DNA of 63,487 nucleotides, the filler included, from Craspedostauros australis (taxonomy: Eukaryota), in NCBI GenBank assembly GCA_030167865.1. It is 10 parts of 10 records of this genome, joined end to end, with 100 filler letters (N's around TTAATTAATTAA, not from the genome) between each part and the next. Parts side by side here need not be neighbours in the genome. Positions count along the whole stretch, not along the records: positions 49,052 to 55,752 come from JALAGF010005049.1; positions 55,853 to 60,738 come from JALAGF010005050.1; 8 more parts are not named here. One strand, given 5' to 3'. Below, piece by piece: positions 49,846 to 60,838 of the stretch. The notes beneath the pieces were generated by a model. It was not told where the DNA came from and made no database searches. It saw only the letters and a list, made by a program, of their open reading frames with translations. Positions within the stretch are counted from its first letter, which is position 1; each line of letters starts with the position of its first letter. Both the position numbers and the translations under genes were made by a program.

Positions 49846-51334
49846 TGTTGGCAAGTTCCGGATTGGAAGCCTACGATTGTGGAAGACAATGTTGGTTGAT
49901 AGTCGTTTCGTTTGCTACTTCATTAGTTGAGCACTTCAATCCTCTCAGTGTCTCCGTTCTCTTGCCCGATGCTCTCGGCACATTTGTCTGTTTCATAGAT
50001 TGGGTCATCCAACTATGAGTCAGTACGTGAGATGCTCTCTCACTGCTCTTCGTATTCTCTCTCTCTCTCCATATCATGCATTTTAATAACACATCGAACA
50101 CTCCAACTACACTCGTCTTGGTAGTATTCGAATGAGTCGTGTGATATTCGTGTACTACAGGACGAATACTGATGCAGTCACGAGACTCCTCGTGTGTGAT
50201 GAATCGTAATGTCTTGATATCCGCAATTGCCGCAACTCACATGTGGGATCGCTTTCTCGTCTCACAGACTGACTCGCAATTCAGATATATTGATTCCTCA
50301 ATTCCACACCATCTTGTTGACACNNNNNNNNNNNNNNNNNNNNNNNNNNNNNNNNNNNNNNNNNNNNNNNNNNNNNNNNNNNNNNNNNNNNNNNNNNNNN
50401 NNNNNNNNNNNNNNNCTGGTCATCGTGGACCTGAACGTGCCATCTGATCTTGTCTTCACCTCTGTGCTTGCAAACATACATTTCCTCCCACATGTGAATA
50501 CAACAGTGCAAGGCATCATTTTACAGCAGTATTGCTGTGTGCAACTTGTGCAATCTCATTTCATCATCATCATCATCATCTTGCATTGCACTCTTCATGC
50601 TCACAATTCTGACTTCAACAGATCAGAATTGGGCCAGCTTTCATTAACTTAATCACCTACTTGAGCACACACACACAATACCAACCATCTACATACTGCA
50701 TTGTCGGATCTGATCAGTCTCTATTTGAAGTAAGTACCCTGTATTGTATTCTGTTCTATCACATTTGCACTAAACAATACTCCGCATTCGATGCATGCTC
50801 CGCATTCGACACTCCATTTGTTCATTGCTGGGTCCTACTCCATGAGTACTTACCATTTGAACTCCTCTTCATGTATCCATGATCTCGATGCCCTTCAGTC
50901 ATTGAATCTTCACCTTCTGTTTCTGACATGGAGACAGATGTCAATGTGGTGACATGATGACATCCTGTTGATGTCAGTAGGCGTCCTTCTGCTCTCCAGA
51001 TGTCATGTTCCCTCAATGATGCAGTAGTCTGTCAGATGTTATCATCATCTGGGGGCTAGTTGGGAGGCACATCCAGCTTCGCTCGATACCATACGTTTCC
51101 ATTGATGGATGGACGGACGATGTTCCTGATTCTCTCAGAAATCGTTGATTGCAAATCTCCTCCAGAAATTTTGCTCATTTTCGTGTGTTCCATTTCCACT
51201 GCGATTCTGACAAATCACAGCATACTATCTACGCGAGTGTAGTTATACCGTCCAACTATGTAGAAGAGAATAGCAGGTGAACGATGCACATATACACGTA
51301 CATCTTGACATGTACACGCATGTACATCTCGATA
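49846..51334. mobile_element. LTR family B, full copy carrying a nested family A solo LTR
   Basis: TGTTGGCAAGTTCCG...ACATCTCGATA, colinear with 57374-58181; no TSD (ATGGT vs GGCAT). Confidence 0.85.
50084..50761. mobile_element. Solo LTR, family A, TAATAAC...CTATCA, 5-bp TSD CATTT
   Basis: CATTT at 50079-50083 and 50762-50766; reverse complement of 4368-5031. Confidence 0.85.
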
Positions 51335-53086
51335 GGCATGCTCCAATTACAAATTGTTGGTAAGTGTAGGCAGAACAATCATGTACAAGCATTTGATCAT
51401 GTGTTTCACTCTGAGTTGCTATATAGGTCACTATCTTCACAGTTATGGCACCAGTGCAATGTACTCCTCAAATGTTATGCAGGGCCCATCAAATCGAGCA
51501 GAATGCTGGTTTCCATAGAGAGTGCAATGGCTGTTGGTCAAGAATGCGGCAACGTAGTAGATGCGAGTGAGAGGCGCAATTTTAATACGCATGACCTTCC
51601 TCACATCAAGGAGAGGAAAGAGCTTGACAATCCCATTGAATGCCCATTCGACAAAAATGCGCACGGAGGGCATGTCCCTGTTGCAGAGGGCCTCTGTAGA
51701 CCCAGGAATGGTGTCCTTGTATGCGCCGAAGACAAACAGCGTGTTGCCGTATGCAGGATCCCCATAGATCCAATAGACTGGATCCGGGCCATCCACTGGC
51801 ATCAGCATTGCCATATCCTCTTGGATGCGGCTCTCACTGAGCATGAAGCTATCATGACTGTCCTCTATGATGGGACCAAAGTAATGCATCATGATTCCAT
51901 CGGGTGCTGCGATGCCTTGGAATTTGATACCGTGGCAGCGTTTGTGTCCCAAGTACGCAAATTCTTGGAAACAATGTGGTCAGCAGGTCTTGCGCAAGGT
52001 GCCATCGACGAACCTGACGACGTTGTTCATCAGACCATTTGTCACACGTTCGACGTATGCTGCATATGAAGGGAAACGAGGAGTGAACAAGGAAATATCG
52101 ACCAAGCATGGGAGTGCAATTTCGTAGAAGTACTCGTAGAAGGTGAGAGCCACAACAGAGATCTTGCCAAATCGGACACCGAAGGCAGCCTCCATGTCCA
52201 TGAGAGTTCCGCGATGCGACAAGCGGGAAAGTATGATCATCATGCCTGTCTCGATAGAAATGGAGTACCTGTTCCTCACTGGTATGTTTTCTGGGTCAGT
52301 AGCACCAGAAACAGCTTGGAACTTTGGCCACAGAGCTTCCTTGATGAGATACAAAGCATCCTTGCGGAATCAGAAATGCGAAACAGCTTGCATCTCCGTC
52401 AGCTGCTCAATCCGGAGCTCAGCTGACATCGGCGTACGTGGAGGTTCGGCTGGAAGCAGATACTTCGGGTACAGGTCGAGGACTTGCACACCCATGTCGA
52501 TGACGAGGTTGAATTGATGGTGCAGGTCGGATGGCATGTCAGTATCGATCTCTTCCTCATGCATGTCGATGAGGTCGGTTGCTGCGTCGATGCACGCAAG
52601 TCTGGCGTGCTTTCAAGCAAGGTGCTCAGGAAAGATGTTCCAAGTCCAGTTGCTCATGATGGAGATGGAAAGAGTAGAGAGAGTTGATGACTTTCTGACA
52701 AGCACTTTGCAACTTCTCAACTGAAGGGGAACTTTGTCAGCGGATGGCAAGTCGCTGAGAACGCAGATGGAAAAGCAGGGGAACGTGGAAGTCGACAAAA
52801 GAGAGTGCTGTTCACACATGCAAAACCGAAATTCAATGAAAAAATTGTTCGACGGTGGCAAACACAACGGAGGGTAGTATACTGAACAAGATAGAAGAAT
52901 CGACGAAGACGAACTGATGCAGTGGCATGGCGGAACTATTCGATTAATTTCTGTATTCACGAAACGCTCAGAAATAGGCTCCAACGAACAACTTTTTTTC
53001 CGATTTTGAGACCAGCCAGACCCGCGCCGCATCTCTGTCTTCGCGGGCGCTTGAAATCGGGAAGCGTCTACTTGCGAGAATTCTCT
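51335..53086 (-). mobile_element. Harbinger/PHIS element remnant with one TIR (TGCGAGAATTCTCT ending 53086, flanked by ATT)
   Basis: Same terminus as element 53304-54083; the other end is replaced by the LTR at 51334. Confidence 0.75.
51443..52657 (-). pseudogene. PIF/Harbinger-superfamily (DDE_Tnp_4, Pangu-like) transposase with three in-frame TGA stops
   Basis: One frame from ATG 52657: FVDGT, GHKRCHGIKFQ...PDG...GP...HD, IYGDPAY, VRIFVEWAF, LTN.H..LYGNQ; TGA at 52613, 52370, 51980. Confidence 0.9.
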
Positions 53087-53303
53087 ATTGTAGGTGAGAA
53101 GAGGGATATCGCATTTCACATTGCAAGTTCCACGATACAAAATAACCTGATAGAGATATGCTTAGAGGGGCAACATGCAAACTTCCCCCTAGGAAAGTGA
53201 AACTCGATTGTGTTGTAGGAGCCAAAAACACAATTGAGTTTCACATTGCAGTCCCGGAAAATCAACCTTCCACATGTTGAAACAAAACAAAATGGTTGAT
53301 AAT

Positions 53304-54083
53304 AGAGAATTCTCGCAGCCCGATTTCGGAGTCCCACGGAGGAACCATAACCAGATAGAGACATTTCTTGTGGGGTCACCCCAAAAACCATGATCGGAAT
53401 CTGGTTTCAAATTGGCTCTTGAAACCGGGATAATCATTTCTTCCCGATTTCGTTGTGTCCCGCGAAAAGGTCTTCCACGTGTAGCAATTTCGGAACTGAC
53501 CAATCACAAAATTCTTTCGTTGTAGACTGCGCTCTTCTGTCCAGATGTAGACTGCTCAAGCAGGCCAATTTGGCTGATTGCTGTGTTGATGAACGCACGT
53601 CTGGCCCATTTGCAAGCAAGTTGCTCATAAACGTTGTTCCAAGTCTTCTTGCTCATGCTGGAGATGGTTAAGAGTGGAGAGAGTGGTTGGGTTTGTGACG
53701 AGCACTTTCGAACTTCTCAACAGACGAGGACACCTTGGCAGAGAATGACAAGCCTCTAAGACCGCAGATGCAAAAGCAACGAAGCATGGAATTCAACAAC
53801 AGAGAGTGATAGTCACATAAATGATACGACAAATTCATTGAAGATTGTTCATCAGTGGCAAACGCAAACGAGGGTAGTAGACTCAACATTATCGAGGGGT
53901 AGACTAATGGGGACCGATACAGTGCCACTGAGGAACTGTTCGAGTTCTGTTTTGTTCACGAAACGCTCAGAACTTGATTCCTCCGAACAACTTTTTGCGA
54001 TTTCGGAGCAAACCAAACCGGTGTCACATCTCTGTCTTCGTGGGTGCTTGAAATCGGGAAGTGGCTGTTTGCGAGAATTCTCT
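53304..54083 (-). mobile_element. Non-autonomous 780-bp derivative of a related Harbinger/PHIS element; 14-bp TIR AGAGAATTCTCGCA, TSD AAT
   Basis: AAT at 53301-53303 and 54084-54086; ~53635-54083 is a diverged copy of ~52636-53086 including the transposase start (MSKKTWN vs MSNWTWN). Confidence 0.85.
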
Positions 54084-55010
54084 AATGTCTCTTCATTTGC
54101 AGCAATGTTGAGTCGTCCTTGTCGTGCTGATAATAGTTTTACTGAGATGCTAGCGACGATGAAACTAGCATTCCAGTATGAAAGGTGCATGGAGCGATAG
54201 AGAGTGATTACGATGTCGAATATGCCTGTAAGCTCCATAGATGATATCTGCATGCACGTAGCAGAGGCCCCTTCATGGTCCAGCCAAGTAATATTTGCTC
54301 ATATCTTATTCCATCCGGTACAACATACGCGGTGTGTTTCTGGATGCTCTGAGGATTAGTGTGCTTGGATACGACCAGGAACTTGGACCAACACATATTT
54401 GGCATCCTTTGGAGATCCTGATTGCCATAACGGAAGTCGTTGGTGGCTTCCAACCAACCCAACATGCAATCGCAATGGTTCTGTGTAGACTGCGTGAAGA
54501 GCTTCTATTAGACAACAAAATGCAAATCCATCTCCACGACACGATGATCAAAAGGTCTCTTCCATCGACATCGGCAATAGAGACTTGAAAAAGTCATGAA
54601 ACAGCAGGGAAGATGTGCTTGCGCATCTGTTACTGGGACTCTGTGAGTGGCAAGGTTGAGACAGAAGAGATGGCAACGAGAATCTCACAAAAGGAAGCTA
54701 TGAAGAGGAGAGAGAGAGAGATGTGCGTTGCGTGCAACTCAGGACACACCCATTCACGATCTCACTGTCCTTTTGGCCCAACACGTGATGCGATAGCATG
54801 CAACAGAGCATTCAGACCAGAGCAGTCTAAACTAGAACTCTATTTTACAAAAAAAGAAGCCGATCCAGTCATTTTGGTCGTCTTTCTGTGTAGGTCACGA
54901 ACGAGTCATGAGTCCCGATGTGAAATCCGAACGCGAGTGCCAGATGTGACATGAAGGATGTTGCTATGCTCATTGCGATATCCGTAAGGAATTTTTTGTG
55001 TGGGCGTTTT

Positions 55011-55142
55011 CGTAAGTGGACTGGTGAGTCCACTTACGACCCCCTTGCATTTTTGGGCTTCGTAAGTGGACTCCTCANNNNNNNNNNNNNNNNNNNNNNN
55101 NNNNNTCCAGTTACCGTAAGTGGACTGAGGAGTCCACTTACG
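55011..55142. repeat. Cluster of palindromes CGTAAGTGGACT-N4-AGTCCACTTACG
   Basis: Perfect 12-bp stems at 55011-55038 and 55115-55142; half copy at 55061-55077 running into a gap. Confidence 0.85.
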
Positions 55143-55852
55143 ACCACAAAAAAAGTAGTCGAATTTCGCTCATCTGAGAAAAGACTACTTTGACCACTCC
55201 ACCTCTTCCAAATTGCCTGTTTCTCTCGGTTGCGTTCTGGTTGTGATGCTGGCTTCGTATTTTGTCGCGTTGATTTACGTGTTGTCAACGGCATCCTTGG
55301 ACTTCAATAGACTTGTAGACGGTAACACAACAACTTTGTGTGTGACCACAAGCTTTTTATCGTAATTGCTGTCCCCTTCAGTACCATCAACGTCTTTCAT
55401 CATCAAATGTTCCTCTACTATAACACTGTTTAGGTTCCCACCAGCTTCAAGAAGCTTGTTTCATCGTAAGTACTTTGCCTGACATCGCATCCCTCATCGA
55501 GCACATAGCAGACGCCACCAACCACAGCGACAATGACACCGACAGTTCATACGAAGACTGGGTTGTTGATACCCCAATCGATCTTGACAGTGACAACAAT
55601 GATGACATCCTTGGTGTCCACAACGAAAGCAATGTTGACGCCAACAACGTTGATACTGGAGTCTACCTTGTTGGCAATGCTCATGTGGCCAACGATGCAC
55701 CAGCAGCCATGCTGATTGCTGCCATTGTTGCTGCCGCCAACATCATCATCCCNNNNNNNNNNNNNNNNNNNNNNNNNNNNNNNNNNNNNNNNNNNNTTAA
55801 TTAATTAANNNNNNNNNNNNNNNNNNNNNNNNNNNNNNNNNNNNNNNNNNNN

Positions 55853-57373
55853 TATCTGAAGCCACTTAAAAATGGCTAGGGGCGCTCAAGGATCACGACG
55901 ACACAATCTTTCTCATGGTGTGGAAGGTGCAAGACACCACCGAGGTGATCGGCAACGCCAACCAATTTCCAACAACTGAGAAGTAGCTGATGGTGTACAT
56001 GAGCACAACGAAGGCAACATTGAATGGTCGAACGGTGGTGGCACAAGTGCGTATTGCTATGACATGTGNNNNNNNNNNNNNNNNNNNNNNNNNNNNNNNN
56101 NNNNNNNNNNNNNNNNNNNNNNNNNNNNNNNNNNNNNNNNNNNNNNNNTGGAATGCTCACCTACATGGGGAACTTTTCCAATGGACCTGCTATATGCGCC
56201 ATCATCAGCAAGCGTCTGAAGGCTGCAGGAGTTGAAGGCAAAGTTGGGGGAAGAGTCAGGGCGGACGGAATGATCAGCCAGGAATGGCAAGATGCTCATA
56301 AAGCTATGGGGAGGAGTTTCAAGGTGCAACCTTGGCAAGCTCTCAGGCTTGAAGCTGACAGCTGCTTCCATGTGAGAATCGCCAAAATCCTCTGCAAGAT
56401 GTTCAATGACATCTCCAAAATTGGGCCAGGAGGACTCTGCAACAGATTCATCCCCCATTCAATGGCAATGACGTTGGGCCCAGATGGAGTGGCAGCCATG
56501 AAGAAGATGCTACGGAAACGCAAAGTGGTAATGGGAAGGATGGTGGAAGTGCAAATCAGAGGGGTCGAAGACCTTGATGAGCTGGACACGACGGATCCAA
56601 GGAACCACTGAGATCGAACCTTGCCAATCAGGTGCATCTGATCACAAAGAGGCCGGTGTTTATCCACGTTGACAAGCAGGAGGTGCCCTGGAATGGCAAG
56701 ACCGACGTCGCCTATGCATACATGCTCCCAGAGCATCTGGTGAGGGCAGAGGCGATCGTAAACACCCTGGCAGCGAGGTGCATGTGGGAAGTGGGAGCCA
56801 CCAGCGCAAACTGGTTCACTCCAACTGAGCAAGCCAAGGTGCATCAGGTGCAGTATGACAAAGAGACTGGGAAGTACATGGTGCTCCAGATCGAATCGAT
56901 GTTGATGGTGGCCGACGAATTTCCGGATGTCGAGATCAAAGGACTCGAAGTGGTGGAAGGATCGTCATTTTGACTGCTGGCGCTTGACGACAAAAATGCA
57001 TACTCGTTCACAACGCACACCAGTCAAAAAGGGACGGCGCTCGGCAAGCCTATCAAGTTGGCCATGAAGCGATGCATGGTGGAGGCTCCTGCGAGCATCC
57101 TACCAGGCCGTGGTGACAAGTGCAGGTATGATGCGAATCTTCCAGGCGGTAGGAAGCAAGTGGTCAATGGTGGTTCCACAGTCGTGGTGGGCAAGTGTGG
57201 CCAAATAAGCATCTGCAGCACAGCTGGAAGTGCGAATGGTGGAGGATCTGATACAACCGAGGAGGCAGGGTGACTACCCGAAAATGGAAGCCATTGCGGA
57301 GCTGTGCAACAGGGCGGAAATGCAACAAATGAATCTGTGTCGAAGGTCAATGAAGTTGTTCTGGATGTCTGAG
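55853..57373 (+). pseudogene. Degenerate ORF resembling ORF1 of Ambal-like diatom non-LTR retrotransposons
   Basis: Broken frames with VFIHVD...AEAIVNTL....G....WFT......YD..TG pattern; stops and frameshift; assignment from recalled motif pattern only. Confidence 0.4.
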
Positions 57374-58181
57374 TGTCGGCAAGTTCCGTGATTGGAAGCC
57401 TACGATCGTGGAAGATGGTGTTGGTTGATAGTCGTTCTGTTTGCTATTTCATTACGTTGGCACTCCGATCCTCTCGGTGTACACCCGTTCTCTTGTCCGA
57501 TGCTCTCAGTGCTTCAATCTGTTTCGTAGATTCGGTCTCCGACTATGAGTTGGTACGCAAGATGCTCTCTTGCTGCTCTTTGTATTCTCTCTCTCTCTCT
57601 GGATCAGCATCGTGTGCTTCGTGCTACGCGATACTCCGTGTTCGATGCGTACTCCGCATTCGACACTTCGTTCGTTCAGTACTGGTTCCTACTCCATGAG
57701 TACTTACCATTTGAAGTTCACCTTCAGTATCCATGATCTTCATGGGTCATCTGATCTTCGCCTCCTGCTCTGACTTGGAGACAGATGTCGACGTGGTGAC
57801 ATGATGACATCCTGTCGACGTCAGTAGGCGTCCTTCTGCTCTCCAGATGTCATGTTCCATTGGTGATGCAGCAGCCTGTCAGATGATATCGTCATCTGAG
57901 GTTTAGTTGGGAGGTACCTCGAGATTCTCTTGGTACCATGCATTTCCATTGGTGGATGGACGGACGATATTTCCAATTCGCTCAGAAATCATTGATTGCA
58001 AATTTCCTCCAGAAATCTTGCTCATTCTCGTGTGTTCCATTTCCACCGCAATTCTGACAAATCACTATATCCTATCGACACGAATGTAGTTGTATCGTCC
58101 AAGTACGTATAAGAGAATAGCGGGTGAACGATGCACATATACGCGTACATCTTGACGTATACTCACATGTACATCTCGACA
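57374..58181. mobile_element. LTR family B, full copy (808 bp), TGTCG...CGACA termini
   Basis: Inverted 5-bp ends; five copies in the window; no TSD (CTGAG vs CATGT). Confidence 0.88.
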
Positions 58182-59770
58182 CATGTGGAAATCTTGTACA
58201 GGCAGCGACGGATCAAAGGAACAGACAGAGACGAATTGGTTCAGATCGTCAACTTTCTTAGCGTGCTTGCCTAGCACACGCATGTTGGCGTGTGAGTTCA
58301 ATTCCGTTCTGTGCAAGGTTCCCATGGTAACTGCTGCTGTTTGCACCCGCTGGATGGTGAAAGGAGCCACCTGGCGTCATTGCCGGGTGAGATTGTTGTT
58401 GTTTTGGTTGGTTGTCTTGGCCTTGTCCTTGTCGCCATCCTTCCCAGGCTGGATGGCAGCGGCAGCCTCAGCAATGCCTCACGCCACCGCCTGGGCAACA
58501 GTGCTGATGTTGATCTGCTGCACGGATGCGCCGGTCTTGCGCCGTTTGCCGCGGCTTTCACCGCTCTTGTTGCCTGGCGCATGCCCCTGGGCCTTCCAGG
58601 CCATGTGGAGCCAGTCCTGCTGTGCCTTGGATAGCTTCTGATACTCTGCCTTGGTGTAGTAGGTGTCTTCCACGCCATCTGGCTTCTTGCCGACATCACC
58701 CTGTTGTCCATTGCGGATGTGCGCCGCCGCGATCTTCACGGATGCCTTGCCTGCCTGCACGGACGACCTCATGATCTTGTTTGGAATACTCGCACGGCTG
58801 CAGTGAAGTCCTGCATCAGCACTGTGATCGCCTCCACCATCGCAACACACACCTCGACCTCATCCATCTTGATGGCATTGAGGAGGTGTCTGACTTTCTG
58901 CCATTCAGATATCCCAATCTCGCCATGTGGGACGCAGTTGGTCAGGATTTGGTGGTGGTGATAATGAAGCTGCAGCAGCTTCTCGAAGTTCCAGTTCCGC
59001 TTCTTGCCATGGTAGAACGAGTTCTGCAGAGCAAGCGTCGACTTGGCAACCATGTTGCTCACATGGGAGGGTCCAAGGTAATGCTCGTGAAGAGCCTCGA
59101 ATGCAACATGTCCATCCCTTTTGCCACGGCATGTGGCAATCACGCTCCATGCTGATGTTGGATACAGCAATGCAGAGAGCAATGTCCATACTTTGCAGTT
59201 GTCCGTGACGAAGGTGGGATGAGGAATCCCATTCTTCCAATGCAGTGCCCGCACAATCATGTGCTCCTGATTGTTGTTGTAGGCATCCTCTGGATCCTTG
59301 TCTTCATCGGCGACCTCAGCCACCTCACGTATGACGTATGGCAGTGGGATCCCAGTCCGACTGCGCGTCTCTGCAAGCTGTTCGACGATCGCATCAATCG
59401 TCGCCAGCCAATTGAGTTCATCAACTGCCACATCCATGCCTGGCTCTTTGTGTGCAGCTTCCGACGCCATCAACACGCAGCATTGGCCAAGCGAGTCCAT
59501 GGTGACTGCCAGAGGGTTGGTGGTTCAGCTGATGCACTGTCGGTGCTGCAGTGTGAAGCAGGTCAGCTTCAGGCTCTTTGCCGCTCGGAGGGGCACCACG
59601 ATGCCCAAGTTGGGTCCGTCACCAGCCGCGTTCATCCCTCGAGGACGTCGTATGGCCTTGACCAGCTTATCAACATCACAGTCTTCAAGTGGCTCCAGTT
59701 CTGCAATCGAGTTGATGTCCTGGTCATGGAACAGCATAATACCAGAACCCGAAAATCCAAAACACACAGT
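58182..59770 (-). pseudogene. Degenerate CoDi-type Copia gag + protease start
   Basis: IRRP.G...G..V, TGIPLPYVIR, DN.KVW..L, RDG..AF..L.EHYLG, YHG.KRNWNFEK, NNLTRQ*, RTELNSHAN; several TGA stops and frameshifts. Confidence 0.88.
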
Positions 59771-59843
59771 AACAACAATAAAATCCAAAACAAAACACAC
59801 CAAAATTTCACGGTACTAAGTCTACAGAAGTTTGTACGTAACC

Positions 59844-60393
59844 ATGGATCGCAAACAGCAAGCGAAGAAGACCACAAAGCAGGTCCGCATCGTAATCGAC
59901 AAAGCTGTTGACGATATGGAAGTCGAAGCAACAACCAACGAAGCACAAGCCCAACAGACAAAGCCACCGCCAGAGCCAGATCCGAAAGCAAACGAAGCAG
60001 CAGAGCTGGAGAAACAAGGATGGATAGCCACCGCATGGCAAACTCCCAACGCTTCTCGTTGGAAAAAACTTCCGTTGAGTGTCATCACACAAGCCAAAGG
60101 GTACACATCAGAAGAGGTCTTTGGGGAAACGGGACGGTCGCTCCACGACAAGGCGAAGCAAGTGCTAACCCAGAAAGCCCTGTGGGAAGGCAACGGCACC
60201 TCGCTTGTCTTGGCAATGGTCCCCTCCGTCAAAGAGATCACTGAGTTTTTCCAAGCCGTGATGGATGGCAGAATCACAAAACTTGGGAAGGCAAAAATCT
60301 TGCCGGATGACCCCAAACGAACAGGAGTCAAACAGATGATAGCAGACCTGTCTCTCACAGACCCGAGCAAATGCTTCGGCCTGTCACCACAAG
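59844..60393 (+). CDS. Unidentified ORF (probably TE-derived), truncated by LTR B
   Basis: ATG after a C/A-rich leader, ~183 aa open until the LTR; head-to-head with the truncated gag. Confidence 0.4.
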
Positions 60394-60738
60394 TGTTGGC
60401 AAGTTCCGCGCACGGTAACCTACGATCGTGGAAGATGGTATTGGTTGATAGTCGTCTGTTTGCTATTTCATTACTTGGCTACTCCGATGCTCTCGGTGTA
60501 CGCCCGTTCTCTTGCCCGATGCTCTCGGCGCTTCAATCTGTTTCGCAGATTCGGTCTCCGACTATGAGTCGGTACGCGAGATCCTTTCTCGCTCCTCTCT
60601 GTATTCTCTCTCTCTCTCTCTCTCACCATCATGTGCTCGTGCTACACGATCCTCCGTGTTCGATGCGTACTCCGCATTCAACACTCTGTTCATTCAGTAC
60701 TGGCTTCTACTCCATGAGTACTTACCATTTGAAGTTCA
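60394..60738. mobile_element. LTR family B, partial, at scaffold end
   Basis: TGTTGGCAAGTTCCG..., colinear with 57374-57720. Confidence 0.88.
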
Positions 60739-60838
60739 NNNNNNNNNNNNNNNNNNNNNNNNNNNNNNNNNNNNNNNNNNNNTTAATTAATTAANNNNNN
60801 NNNNNNNNNNNNNNNNNNNNNNNNNNNNNNNNNNNNNN

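Noticed and set aside
51443..52657. Genome-wide UGA reassignment to explain in-frame TGAs
   Set aside because: Host genes here end normally at TGA (e.g. ASF1, WD40, methyltransferase) and have no internal TGA; CGA>TGA decay is simpler
59832..60794. 320-aa ORF as a single protein
   Set aside because: C-terminal part is read-through into LTR B from 60394 and ends in the linker
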